From: Camelus ferus | Lineage: Eukaryota | DNA length: 64,000 nt | Direction of reading: 5' to 3' | NCBI RefSeq assembly: GCF_009834535.1 | Contig: NC_045697.1 | Coordinates: 80,540,001 to 80,604,000, forward strand | Shown here: positions 9,230 to 23,401 of the stretch, one piece after another | Numbering within the stretch: the stretch's first letter is position 1 | Layout of the letters: each line of letters begins with the position of its first letter | Translations under genes and position numbers: made by a program | The notes under the pieces: generated by a model | Told to the model about the DNA's origin: nothing | The model's database searches: none | The model's input: the letters and a program-made list of their open reading frames with translations, nothing else

Positions 9230-10780
9230 ACATAGAAAGTTAAGAAAGGGCTCAAAGACTGAAGAAAATATGTCAAAAAGATATAGAAGCCTGAATTAAG
9301 GAGCTCTTGACTGGCTAAATCTGGGACAATGCAAGTATCAAAATTAATAGTGATAGTAATAACTTATACCTGCTGAATAAAATAGGAAACCATAGTCCAT
9401 ACTAATATAAGTAAATAAATAATAACAAAAGTTTGATATGGAATGGGATAGTGATATAGTCCCAAAGAACTTCCCACAAAACATTGATTCATTACATATA
9501 CGGAAAAGAGCAATTGTGCAGTGGAAGTGCTTCATAAACACCATATTAATAAAGTGATCAAAGTTAACATCATCAAAGTTAAAACATCATGTGCCATCAG
9601 ATAGGATGCTATTGTTATGGATGATTAGGTTCTTGTCTTGTCGCAGAAAGAATTCAGAGACAAGACCTGGAGGTCAAGAAGGTAAAATGAGGATTTATTA
9701 AGGGGTAGACAGTATGCTCTCAAGGGAAGAGCAGGCAGGCCCAGGTGAGTAGCTCTCCTCAGTTTCTTTGGTAAGTTGGTTACACAGAGTGAGAAAATGA
9801 ATGGGCAGAATATTCATTGGGGAGGGAAAGGTTTGGGGTCATATGTCCTGATTTTCATCCCAGCTCCACCTTCCCAAGGGGAGGAGGGACTTTTGTCTTT
9901 ATTTAGTCTTGATGAGAAATGTCATGGTGTTGGTGCATGATGGATACTTCTAATCTGCAAGGCTAATTTTATTGTAATAAGGGCATTAATGAGCAAAAGG
10001 TTACATTTGGACACCAGAAATTCCTGCCTTTTCCCACCTTTCTTTGTTGGCTTCCAGGATACTTGTCACCACAAAATCTGTGATTTCTTATCAGCCAGGA
10101 GGTTCCTTCTTCTTTTATGTACTTTTTCTGCCCAAGGACCCCTGTTGTTCATAAGATATATGGTTTTCTGCCATTTGGCTCATGCCCCTTCCTTTTTCTG
10201 CCTATTCCTGCTGTTTGGCCTGCATCCCACTTTCTCTGCTCATTTCCAACTGTCTGACTGCTCTAACACTATGAGAAGAACACAGTATTGTTTCTACTGT
10301 GTTCTACCCTGAGGTGCAGAACCCAAATCTAATCCTCAGCAAACATCAAGCAAAACCAAATTGAGGGACATTCTACAGAATAAGTAGCCCAAATCTTCAA
10401 AAGTATCAGGGTTATGTCAGTCAAAGAAGGACTGAAACTATTCCAGTTTGAAAGAGACTAAAGAGACATGACAAATAAATGCAATATGTGATTCTGAATT
10501 GGAATGCTTAAAATAAAGGATGTATTTGGAGAACTGGCAAAACTTAAATGGGGTCTGAGGATTAAATGGGAATAATAATGTTGTTTTTGATAGTTGTTTT
10601 ATGGCTAATGTAAAAAAAAATCTTTGCAGGATATATACACTTAAGTATTAGAGATGATGGGCATCGGGTTGGCAATGAACTCTCAAATGGTTGAGGAAAA
10701 AATGTTACTTGTGTTGTACTTGTGCTGCACTTGAATTTTTTCTGTAAGTATAAGATGGTTTCAAAATTTTAAAAAAATAT
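9230..10780 (+). mobile_element. Old L1M (L1MC/MD-type) 3' region, split by an LTR
   Basis: aagtgatcaaagttaacatc..., aaattgagggacattctaca..., aaagagactaaagagacatgacaaataaatgcaatatgtgattctgaattgga are characteristic of old L1M 3' ends; the sequence resumes across the LTR at 9613-10268. Confidence 0.8.
9613..10268 (-). mobile_element. ERV1-class solo LTR (656 bp), sense to ARSJ
   Basis: TGTTA...TAACA termini, perfect 4-bp TSD CTAT (9609-9612 / 10269-10272), minus-strand AATAAA at 9699-9694 followed by a U5-like end GAATTCTTTCTGCGACAAGACAAGAACC. Confidence 0.93.
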
Positions 10781-10789
10781 GTAAGAAAA

Positions 10790-11780
10790 TCTAAATGGGA
10801 TAAACTAAAGGCATTAAATTTTAGTTTAAAAATCAATTTTTACATATTAGTTATATAAGACTGTTAATAAATGTGGGAAGTTGGATCTATCAGACTATGA
10901 ATGTAATATAAAGCAAACAAGAAAAATGAGAGCTAGAATACTAATCAGATATTACATTATATAAAGTCAGTGTGCAAATTTTGAGAAGTAATAATCCTAC
11001 TCTGTGCTAATCAGAACATATTTAGAATGTAGTATTCAATATTTAAGCATGTACTCCCAATATAAGTGCATTTATTTATTTATAAATTATATACACTGTA
11101 CTGTACTCTACTCATTTATAAACATTATAGAAACTTACACAAAAATAGAAATTAAAACAGAGGAGATAAAAATAAATATAATTTCTGGTATTTCTTCTTG
11201 TATTTCTTGTTATTCTAATGAATTACCTTGTGTTGCCCTAGGGTGTCTGGATTACAATTTGTAGAGCACTGGTATAGAAAGGAGATTGTAGGGAGATGAA
11301 TATTGAAACACAAATTTTTTTAAGGCTATTAAAATAGTTTGGGTCAAAGATAATGGTGGCTTGGACTACCATCTAGTGGCAGTAAAAATGGAAGTAAGTG
11401 GATGGATCAAATGTACACTTTGGACTTAGGACTGAGAGGACTAAATTGGTGAAGGGAGGATAATGGGAGAGGAAAGGGGAAAAAAAATCAAGAATAACTT
11501 CTAGATCTGTGGCTTTCATAATTTGGTGAATGGTAGATGGATCATCTGGTCTCTTTTTTATTTCAAAGTATATAATTGGGATTAATGGGTAACATTAGGA
11601 GGAAGTAGATTTCAACTCAATGCAAAAAAAAAAAAATCTAAAAAAGAAAAGAAACAAAGACTAACAAAATAGGCTAGATGGTCATCTACCAAAGATTCTG
11701 TAAAAGATATTCCTAAATTGGAAAAGAAGTACTAAAAATGATCTCTAAGGGTCCTTCTATAAGAATCCATGGGTCAATGA
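10790..11780 (+). mobile_element. L3/CR1 fragments (about 10790-11045 and 11570-11780) interrupted by younger inserts, including an L2 piece at ~11280-11540
   Basis: tactctgtgctaatcagaacatatttagaatgtagtattcaat and ggaagtagatttcaactcaat...atgatctctaagggtccttcta resemble the L3 3' region. Confidence 0.55.
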
Positions 11781-12739
11781 CTATAGCTTAGTGTTTGCAT
11801 AAAGAACTCCTTGCAACCTCAGAGCAGCTTTACAAAACCAAGTTTATAATATTATGTATAGGTATTTGACAAACAAGTTTCCACAATGCATCAATATATA
11901 TTTAACTTCTTTCTTTGAATAATCTGTTAGATTAAAAATAGGTTTTTCACATAATATATTCTGAATACATACTGTAATCATGTTTGCTGAAAAATAAACT
12001 AATTTTGAAATGCAGTAGTTTTTTTTGGTCTCCATCTGGCTACCATGTGAAGAAAATTCCATATGAACAACAGTAAACCTAGACTTGATGCCAAATCAGT
12101 CTCACTTTCCTGCCAACTTAAAAGGAAAAAGCTAAGTGGGCCTTTCAGCTTGGCATTAGAATATGAGAAGAGTTTTGTAATCTTTTTAATTATTAATTTA
12201 TATTACTGGGTGCTGGTAGTGGCAGGTAGTTTTTGAATTCTTCTTCTAAGAGTGTCTAATACAATATTATTATTTTAATCCAATTACATATTTAATGTGC
12301 CCTTATTAAATAAGTACAAAATACAAGGATAAAATATGAATTCTAATAGCTTCATGCAGACTCTAAAATCCAGGATGGCTGGAGCCCAAAATCAGCCAAT
12401 AATGCAGCAGAAATTAATATTCTGAAGGGAAAGAAACAGATATAAGCAACAATAGTTTACAAAGCAAATGCCAGGCAGATGTTTATAAGTTAGAAATTTA
12501 TAACTAATTTTCTGTATTCTGAAAGGTGTTCCTTTATTACTTCCTTTCAAGAGACTCTTTTGTCTCAAAGACTATAATTGCTATTTATAGGCCTCAATTT
12601 CATCTTTTAGTTATATCTTCTGGTTGGGGATTTGGATGGAGGTGGGGAAGGGGTGTCATAACAGGTCTATGCTGTTTTTCATCTCATGAACAAAAATATC
12701 CACTCACTCATGAGATGAAAACTAGGCATAGTCTAGAAT

Positions 12740-14130
12740 GAATTACTTATTTAACACTCTTTCACCTACCATGAGCCAGACACTGCTAGCTTTGGGTGCC
12801 ATAAAGTTGAATAAGATGGGTCCTGCTCTCAAGGAACTCAGAGGCATATGACAATTAGAAGATTATCATGACAGGAGTAAATGCTACAACAAAGACAGCC
12901 ACAGCATTCTGTGTTCATAGCAGGGTCAGGAAATGCTTTCAGAAAGGACCATGTTAGATCTGAGTGCATTCATAAGAGTACCTGGGTGAATGAAAAGAAC
13001 TAATATTTCAAACACTTGGAACAACATGGACAAAAGCAGAATCACAGGGGGACATGAATCTGAGATGATTTTTGAGGGAGGAAGAGTCATCCAGGTGAAG
13101 GGTTGAAAGGAAGACAAAAAGAGCATTTCAGTAAGAGGAAGAGAATGTTTAGAAAGGGAGAGAGTTTGACCCTCTGTGAATCAACAGTTTAGAATATAAG
13201 AACAGAGATTCAGACATATTTTGACAGGAGATAAGAGTATATAGACAAGTAGGTGCCAGATTACAGAGAGCTGTATTACAGCCTACAGCTGTACTAAGGT
13301 TTTTGTACTAAATGCAGAGCTCGTGGGAATCCACAGAAGTACTTTTGAAAAGAGAATAACATCACAGTAAGTTTTGCATTAGAAACATCACTCCAGCTTA
13401 GTGTGAAGAATGGATTGGAATGGAATAGGGCATAGGCAAGGGAGTTTGCTCTAATCTAAGAGATAAATATTGATAGTCGAAACTAAGATGAGTGACAGTG
13501 AGGATGCGAGAAGACTAGAGGTTATAAACAGGGACATTGATAGGTTTTCGGACCATGTGTGAGGAGCATGGGAGAGAGGAATGTTGAAAATGAGTCCAAA
13601 ATGTCTTGTCTGGGTGGCTGGGTGAAAGGAGGTTTCTTATACTAAGTTAAGAAATCCAGGAAGAGGGACAGGAATGAATCCTGCTCGCATTTAGCTGGAG
13701 GCACCAGTAAGGGTCCAATCTGGAGATGTACAGGATGAAATAACAGAGATTTGAGACTCATTAGCATACAGATGGTACGTGAATTCATAGGAGCACACGA
13801 CCATCTAAAAACAGAATGGAGACTGAGGGCCAAGGAAATGCCATCATTTAGAAGAAAAGCAAGGAGCACCAGTGAAAGAGTCTGAAGTAAAACAGCTGCT
13901 GTGTGAACTGGAGTAATGGAGGGGAGTTATGCAGAGTTGACTGCATCCCATACTGCGAAGGAGCCAAAGTACGTGAGAATTGAACAGCATCAGCTGGATT
14001 TTGTGCAAGCACATGTGACCTGATAAAGTATATTTTAGTACAATGGTGTGGGAAGAAGCCTAGATTTTTGTAAGTTGAAACATGATTGGAAAATGAAAAT
14101 GTATAGATGGTGAACATAGACTACATCAAG
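12740..14130 (-). mobile_element. L2 LINE (long diverged fragment)
   Basis: Reverse L2 3' end (cctaccatgagccagacactg...gtcctgctctcaaggaactcag) followed by purine-rich L2 body motifs (gagatttgagactcattagcatacagatggta). Confidence 0.8.
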
Positions 14131-17100
14131 ACTATACGTGGAAAAAGAGAAAAAAGGAATATGGTAGGGCTCTCAGTGCTGATGTGGAGAAGTGCTTATG
14201 ATGTGTTGCTGAGTGCAAAAACATATGGCTATAGCAGAGTATCTTACTGTATTATTACCTTTTATAATAAAAATGTGTAAGTTTCATGATGGTAGGGTAT
14301 TCACTGTTCTATCCACATCACCTAAAACAATAGATGGCTCATAACAGTACATCAATAAATATTTTTTAAATAAGGGAATGAATGAATGTGAATTGCATGT
14401 ATTCACTAATAAAGAAAGAGAAATAAAAAAATGTAAAGTTATATACCAAATCAGACATGATTATTTCTAGGGGGATAACAATCGTGGGAGAAGAGGAAGT
14501 CTTTACTTTGTTATATAATTTATATATAAATGAAATTTAGATGAATGAGTTTCAAAATAACTAGCTTATTCTACTCAGACTAATTATTAATATGGGGACT
14601 AATTTTACCAAGGCAATTAGTTAGCAATTTAAAGTGAAAAAAGAAACCAAAATGCCAATTGAATGGAAACACTCATTCATCTCATCAAGGAATGTTATTC
14701 CTAGTAAGGACATCTACTTGGGAGATTAGCTTTAGAGCAGAAAAAAGGGGATGGAATAAGCTAAATGAATTCTGTAATTATCCACTAAAACCCAGAGAAA
14801 ATGTCCACATTCACTGAACAAGCAAAAGGATAACTTGACACATAATCTAAAAAAATCCCTGCTTCTGAATGGTCTTTAATGGTCATTAGAGCCTGCTGTT
14901 TGTCCTTGCAATTGCCTTACTCATCCACAGTGTGTTAACATTTATAATATCAAAGCTTTTGCTGATAACACTGATAACAGTTTTCCTGGTCTCCTTAGAA
15001 ACATGGCTGCAAATCACATGTTAAGTGGTTTCTTCCTGAAAACTTTCTTTATAATCTCATCTATAGTGTGTGTGAATTCTTGGTAGTTTCCATCAAAAAA
15101 ATAAGTTTAGACCCTATCTAGAGGGACTTCTCCCTGGCACCTTTTTCCTATGTTCTCTTTTGGAATTATTCCTTTTGAAGATCCATACTTTCTACACTCC
15201 ATTATTTAAAAAAATTAAAGTTTAATACACAAATTAAAGACTACTAAACATTTATCTAAATGAACATTCACTTCTATAATTAATGGATTCCTTGTCTGTA
15301 AAATTATTTAAAGATTAAAATTCAGTAGGGAACTCCAGAGGTGAATTTAAAATTTAACTTACAGAGAGACTTTTTCCAGCACATATTTATTCCATAAAGC
15401 AAAGTGTACTCATACTGTCAAAATAAAATTTCTATTTTTCTTGCTGTTCTTACCACAGAGTATTATTAAATCAATTTTTAAAAAATGTTTGATTTATTTC
15501 CTCTATTCTAAACAGAAAATGTGCTTAGATGTGTAGAACAGAGAGTAGCTATTAAACCACATTTCATGTTACCAACTTTGCCCTAGAGACGGGATGTGTT
15601 AGGGAAAATATCCTTAGTTAATATTCTATTGTTATTAGTTAAAATTCTTCTTGTAAGATTTAGATTATTTCAGGAAAAAATCCTTTCAACTTTTTGAAAG
15701 TATGGTCTATTCACTTTCCTCTATGTGTGTCAGTCCATCATTTAGTTAATTCCCTTAGATACAGCACTGCAGTATTTCCAAATGTTAGAAAAGTCCAACA
15801 TTTTGTTTGTAGTTCTTTGAAGAAAGAAAAGTTAGGAAGAGCTTGACATTTCTATTCTCCAAGCGTCTTCTCTAGAAATTAGCCTGACAAAAAGTGATAA
15901 CATTCTTGCATTCTTGAATAGGATTACCTCCTCCTAGCCACAGTTAGGAATTATTTCTCAAATAACTGAGTATCCTTGCCCCTGAAATTAGCCGCACATA
16001 GGTGAAAGTACTTCACATCAAACTCAAGTGGAAGGCATCAGCACCAAAGCTGCAAGCCATGTGAAAACAAATTGAAACTCAAGACGGCTTAGTAGAGAAA
16101 ACGATGGCAGTCTCCAGAAAATTTCACAAATTCAATTTAATAAAAACTACATTTATTAAGAACCTACAATATTCCAGGCACTGTATTGTGGGGGAACACA
16201 AAGGATAGAGAGAATTTATAATAAATAACTCTACAGAACATGTTGTTATATACAAGTATCAAAAGCAGAGAATAATTTTTACGTTTTAGGGAAAGTTTAG
16301 GAAAGAATCTACTTCCTTATTCCTCAGGGCAGTTGAGTTTACTAAACTTTCAGTTAATTAGCATTATTTGTAAAGGAAGTTTATAATTCTATGTTATAAA
16401 GCAGTTTCAACTAAAGATAAAGGGAATTATTGAGTAAAAATTGTATTAATTGGCATGACTAAATTCTCAGGGCTAGAGCCATGCATTTTCATGTAGGCAT
16501 TGTTTCAAAATAGAACATAGGAACCAACCGACATGTATTAAATCATTTCTTTCCTAAAAGATAAATTCACAGACTTTGAATCTATCTGTGACTTTGTCCT
16601 TCTATTGGTGTCTTTTCTAAATTCCAGCAGTGATGACTATTGATTCTGTCCTCAATACAGATATTGAACTATTTTAAATAGCTTAGGATTTATTATTAAA
16701 ATGGCAGTATTAATAAGCAATCAATGCTGGCAGATAAGAATGTGGAATTGATGTTTTACATTCTGAGGTGCTGAACTTTATAAGTAGTTAAATGAAAGAA
16801 ATTTAGCAAATTTAAATGAAGCCCTTGCCCTAATCATTATTGTAGATCATCTTTCTTCTACCCACATGTACAACAGCATGGTTGCAGCTGCCTTCATTTT
16901 ATGTAATAATACTTTTCGTTCAAGTTTCTTCTTTGTGTAGAAAAATATCCAGAATATTTGCTAAATTATTCTTAAGAAGTTTTAGTATGTTTGAAATAAT
17001 ATTTCAAAAAAATTTCCATAGTGATAATCATTTTAAAAGCTGAACATATGAAAAATATATAAGCCCCGAAGATCCCTCCATAGACTCTTTTTCTTTTTTT

Positions 17101-18609
17101 GGTCAGAATTACGTGAAATAAAATATAGAAAACATATAGTAAATTGTAAAATTTTATACAAATGCTAGTTATAACTATTTGTTACTGCATCTTCTCTCTT
17201 CTGTGCCCTTTTTCTCCACCATCTCTTCAACTCCTCCTACTGCTTTGTTGTGTGCAAGTGATGAAACCAAAACCAAACCAAAGCAAAACATGATGCCATC
17301 ACTTGGGAATAGGGAACTAGTATCCTGCCCACTGTCTCTCTTCCTGATAGCCAGATTGGAATTCCCCACTGCCAAACCGAAGTTTATCCCATGCAGTTGC
17401 TTCTTTCCCCTTTAACTTGACGAATGTGTCAGTTCCTTTAAATGTCTATGGAGCAATGCAAAGAAATAATGCACATTGATCTACAGGGAGACTCATGTTC
17501 CTTGCCAATTACTCAGCTCTATTTTACAAAATAAATGTTCTAAATGAAGATAGTTTGTAAAATGAAGGATAGATGCTGAAACTATAGGAATATTTATGGC
17601 ATGCTGAATCGTAATGACTTATAAACAAAAACCAACTGACCTCTTTGTTGCCTGAGTCATACCTTCCAGTATTAATACATGCATCTTTATATATTTCAGA
17701 AGTGAGGATAAACTTGTTCCCCCAAATTTTCTTTGATGTGCTTTAATATTATTAAGTAATGCTTATATTGTCTACCAGAGGAAAGATTTGATAAATAAAT
17801 CTCAGCTGGTATATTCCATCCAATTTGTTTCTTATTCTTTACTCATACCATAACAGATAGGTTTCCAAAATATCACACAGATACTACATCTATGACCCTG
17901 GGAAAGCACACTCATTAGTGATCATAGGTTCCCCAGCTGACTGTATTGTGGAAAGCTCCCAGAAAGTACCATTAAGATTCACTGCAATAAAAACTGTTCT
18001 TGAAGCTGCTGCTTCTCTTACTGCCCATGGCCCACTTTCCTGTACCAAGAGGAGGAATCGTGTGTCCTATTAAGCCATGCCTGCCAACTCTAAAAATCTG
18101 TGTTGTAAAGTCCAAGACTGCCACTCTCTGAATTTTTGCAATCCTGAAAAGCTGTTAAATGTTGCTTTAGCTGCATTTCTACTATGATCCAGAACACAGA
18201 TTCTCAAAATTAGCTTAATGGTATTTTTATAGTAATATATGGAAAAGTGATGCAAACATGTATTGATTAGCTAAAAATTATATTCAGAAGCTGTGTTAAT
18301 GTAGATCTTAGATGTCATATGCAGAATAAAATATTAGAAACAAGTTAACAAAACTAGATCATTCATGAAAATATAATTGGAGGCATACTAAGGGAATAAT
18401 AAATGATTTTAGCCTACTAAAGGAGGACTATATGATCTCCCTTTGTAATTTACCAGTAAATTATTAGTGTTCAATATGTCATGTGCTTATCAATAACTTT
18501 GCAATTCTATTACTTGTCCTTGTCATTAGGTTTATTTTATTTTGAATTTACTATTCTGTAAAACAATAGAGGACTAAAATGGTAAATTCATTCTGAGAAT
18601 CTCTATGCA

Positions 18610-18780
18610 TAAGTTTCCTCATTTTCCTCATTTCCATTTTTATGTCTCCGTTACTCAGTTGTCCCAGTAACCTCAAAATGAGGTTAATATTAGCATCTGT
18701 CTCCTTGAGTTATTATGAGGATTAAATGAGCTAATATATGTGAAGTGCTTAGAATGGTGTCCAGCATTTAGAAACACAAT
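18610..18780 (+). mobile_element. MIR SINE
   Basis: ttattatgaggattaaatgagctaatatatgtgaagtgcttagaatggtgtccagca. Confidence 0.8.
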
Positions 18781-18869
18781 AGAAAAAAACAGAGTTCAAT
18801 GGGGTTAACACATTTCCCAACCTTTAGTTGTTGTCTAGTCTCACCTAATAATGAGTAAGAATCTCTAAA

Positions 18870-19326
18870 TAACTACCATTGTCAAATTTTGGTGTAGTAA
18901 TCAAAAAGAATATTCACATATATCTGAAAACATGACTCAAATACATCTTGCTTTTCCATTTATATACCTCTATGAAGCTGAATTTTCATCACATACTTCA
19001 AATACAACAACAATGAAAACTCAATTATCTTCTATTAAGCTAGCCATTAAAGACATTAGAAAAATGAAAAATAATGCTACCCTGCTCACTACTATTTTAA
19101 ATATAGTTATAGTCATAAAAATACCTTATTTATGTTAACATGTAATTGGTTTGTTATTATTTTTAAATGAATAAATAAATAAATATTTAAAGAAATACTC
19201 AGTTTTGATTTCTTTTATGGTCAAAAACAATAATTTTAACTCATATAAGCAAAAGCTCCTTGGGGTCCTTTATGATTTTTGAGAGTGCAAAAGGGCCCTG
19301 AGGCCAAAAAGTTTTGAGAAACACTG
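18870..19326 (+). mobile_element. hAT-Charlie (Charlie1-like) DNA transposon 3' part
   Basis: tcttctattaagctagccattaaagacatt... and terminus gggccctgaggccaaaaagttttgagaaacactg. Confidence 0.8.
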
Positions 19327-19934
19327 ATGTCTTAATATTCTCTGAATTATTGTATGATTAAAATTTTCTGAATAGATATCGATCATTATCAAACTGAAAT
19401 AACAACTAATTCTATGAAATAGTATTTTGTGGAAAAAAGAACATGAGATTAGGAGTAAAAATTCCAATACTGAATACATTATTAACTCTCTAGCAAAATG
19501 AAAAAGTTACTATTGAAAGTCAAAATAGTATGGATTGTCTGGGTAGTATGGATTTTCATGTCAGTGGTAAAAAATTTCTATATTGCTTCCTTCAATTTTT
19601 GGAGTAGCTGGCTTTGGTTTTTATGAGAAGTAAAACAAACAAACAAACAAACAAACAAATAAATAACTGACTAACTGACTATTTTTCGTGTCTGGGTTGC
19701 ACTGAAGCTAAGTGGTATAATGTCCAGGCAAGAAGAAGAGATTTAGATGCGATCAAGGACTCAGCTGTAGGAAGAGGTGACCATGAGACTCTGAACTTTA
19801 GTAATTAACAGAAATCCTTGGGGTACTACTGGACTTCCCACAAGGTGTGGGTTAGGAGATTAAATCAATTTTAGGTAAATGAAATCTCAAAGGAAAGGGT
19901 AAAGTCAAGTGATAACAAATAGGCACTGCCTTAG

Positions 19935-20080
19935 TTAAGTTAATTCTCCAATATCCACATCTGCTTCTTTAAAATGGAACAATAATACTTACCTGAGGGG
20001 ATTATTAAAAATATTAAAATGAGTTAACATAAATAAAATGTCTCTATGAACTATAATATGCTAAACAAATGATTATTGTT
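19935..20080 (+). mobile_element. MIR SINE fragment
   Basis: ctttaaaatggaacaataatacttacctgaggggattatt...attaaaatgagttaacata. Confidence 0.65.
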
Positions 20081-23000
20081 GATATTGTTAAAGTAACAAG
20101 TGGAGCCCTGATTCTGTCTTCAGAACAAACTTTCAGGTCATGCTCTATCATTTGGGTCCAACACTTACCCTTCTTGTATGAGGGTCAAGGCATGTCTGAC
20201 GTCTGTGGGCTTTGGGAAGGTGTAGTTTGTGAGGTGGAGAGCCAGAAAGATGGCAGAAACCTATTGCTATACAACATGACCCCATGTTTTCAGGAAAGTT
20301 AGTAATGCTTCAGGAAAGCATTAAGAATCTTGCAGAGAAAAGAGAGGGCAGAGGTTCATAGCTCAGTGTGACCAGGGGAGGAAGCTAGAAGATGGGCAAA
20401 TGCAGGAGACAACCCGAGAAAGGCAAAGAAATGACAGGAGTGTCCTTGGCCAGCCCTGACTATGGATCATGGGTAACTAAATGTCTGCTCCAAGGGACAT
20501 CTGACTTCACTTAATATGGTCATAGTCATTACACTTGCCTTTCTCTTCAGGTTGTTGTGAAAGTTAAATAAGATAATATGTATAAGGGCCCTTTATAAAG
20601 AATTAAATATTATACAAGTTTAGTAATCATTATTAAGTAAGGTGGGGTAAGACGGAGTCCTGTAGATCCCTCTCAAAGAGGTGGGTATTGAAATAGTTTT
20701 GCATCTAACAGGAATCTTGCTCTGTAAAGTGAGTATTGTCATGTTTTATTAAAGATTTCTAGTAGGAACTAGAAACATGCTGTTCTAAGGAAAGGAGGCA
20801 CTTTCTTCTGTGTACTGAACACTTTGTTCTATATACCCCTTTGTATTTTAATAAAAGTGAAAGTAACTTGGTACTCCCTCATACAAAGCCAACAGCTAGC
20901 TTCTGAGAGTTAGTTATAAAAATCAATACTACTACTTTGCTAAAGATCATAATTATTCTCTAGCTCTTATAAGAGGGCAGTTTCAGTATGAATGAAAAGG
21001 CTTCCACAGAATGTTCATGTTTACATGAATGTTCAAATCTCATAAAATATTCTCTATAAAAATGTTCAGTAGTTACTAGGTACAGGTGAGCATACTTAAA
21101 GTATACATTCATAAAACAAGGTAGCAAACATAAAAATTATCCAGGATCAGTTCTCAAAATCCCTGTGCAGTGTAGCCTATTGATACATTTGCAGAAACAG
21201 GTTACACTAAGCATTGGTGATACACATAAAGAAATATACTAGACAACATCAGGAAAACCCTTCCAAAAAAACTGTAAAACTTTTTATATAAAATAGGGAG
21301 TCTGGCATTAGGGAGTCTCTAGGGTCTTTCAGTTCTAACATTCTATGAGTTAGGAACTTACCAGCAATTGAAAGCTGAAAGCTAGACTGAATTCTCCCAA
21401 AATGAAAACTTTGTTTAAGGAGAAAAATCATAAAGAATCCAGAGGCCTATAAGTTTCTTCAGAGGCTAACTAAAAAGTGGCACAGACTTAGCATAGAAGT
21501 CCACATCAAATGTAAGTCCATGTTGGGACATGAGTTATGACCATGGCCTGTTTTGAAGGTCGACGATGAGAAAGTCAGTCTGGTAAGTACTTAATGTACA
21601 TGATCACATTTTAGAATAAGAATGAAGTTTAAATTTTTTTTTAAATACCCCTGAGGTCTAGGATAACCGCAAATGTCACATTTACATTCTTGAACAATTT
21701 AATCTGGGCCATCGACAAGCAATGGTACCAATAATGACATCTTGGGTTTACTGCACAAAATGGGATGGCTGGACTGTGTGGACCATTGTATGGAGCTGAA
21801 TTTGATAAATCAAAGAGAGAGAGCAGAATATTGTTTAAAATTCTCTGAAATAGATGTACTGACATACAGTTTTTAAATGACCATAACTGTGAAACTGCTG
21901 GGAAACCAGAGTATAGAAAGAAAAATTATAAGCTTTAAACTTTGAGTCATCTTTGTTTAAAATGAAAAGAAACTATAGAAAACCATGGTATTTGATGACA
22001 AGCCTTGAGAGAAAAGAATCCTGTTGACACAAGTGCTTTGCAAACTTCCATAAATGGTGCTGAGAATTACTCATTCCAGTAACAGAAGGAAGAGCACAAA
22101 GAATCAGGCTGTTAGGAGACCTGGGGGGTTGGGAGGTGTGTGCAAAGGATTTAGGGAAGATTCTTTTAGTTTACCTACACTTTTTCTTATTATCTTGAAT
22201 GACTGTCCCTCTATTTAATGTTTATTGAGAAGGGGCAAGAGGTTCTCAGAGTTATTCACCTGAAACTACAAAATTTGTTTGATCTACCAGGAATGTAACT
22301 TTTAACCAACAAGATAGGTTAACCACAAAGCTGATTACACAGGCTTGCTCATCCAGGCTGTATTCCAAGCCACCAGCTAAGTGATTATTAACCCATCATT
22401 CTAGGAATAATTTCACCAGCTTTGTGTTAATTAAACCCACCACATGGTATAGCTTTTCTTCTTATAGTCAGAAAGCTGCAGTCACTTTGAGTCCAGCTTT
22501 CCATTTTGCAAAGTACTAAAATAAAGGCTGCGCACAGCAGTTTCTAAACCAAATGCAACATAAAATTTCATCTTTCAAAACAGCCACAAACAGATAGCCT
22601 GGTGGACAACAACCAGGAATGGGCTGCATTGGTGAAAACTTCAGGTGGATGATGAGTCTAAACAAATAGACAAATATCAATGAATTCTCAAAGAGTTCTA
22701 AGAAAAAACCAAATGACAACCATTATGCTTGCACATGAACAGGACCGATGTTTTCTTCCCTGTGATCCACCTTCCTCATTTAAATGTGAAAAAGGGCCAT
22801 ATTAACATTATAGTTTGTGAGGAAAATCAAACACTGTTACTCAATTTTACATAGTTCCAATTACTGAGTTTGTAATCAGTGAAGAAGTACAATTTAACAC
22901 TCAATTTTCATGTTTGAAATGTAAACAGTAGGATTATTACAAATATTCTAATTATTCTTTTATGATTAGCTGTTGTTCCATGTTTAATTATGGCATATGT

Positions 23001-23401
23001 AACATAATCCCATCAGCTCTAGGTTATGCTTTTTTTCCCCCAAATATATTAGACAGTTCTGTAGGTGTTTGATGGAAGGAATGGTAAAGTCAACTCCCAT
23101 CAACCACTGTTATATTTTCACTATGGGGAAATGATAACATTTAAAGTGGTTTTCATACTTTTACTCATATACTATAGAAAATAAGGAAGTAGTAGTTGAT
23201 AATTAGATAGCATCAAAGAATTTTAGAATATTCTGGAACAATGTAACATTAAGTTAGAATGTTCTATCTGGTAATTTATTAACCATGTCAGTTTTGTTTG
23301 ATTTTATGAAAGCCATTCCAATGGAGTACCAAATTCCTTTCTAGTGTACTCCAAGGAACAATGCAGTTTATGTACTACATACTAAAATGTTGAGTGAACC
23401 A

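Noticed and set aside
8818..9276. 152-aa minus-strand ORF as a hidden exon or gene
   Set aside because: Non-ATG start, overlaps degenerate L3/L1 sequence, and has no recognisable domain.
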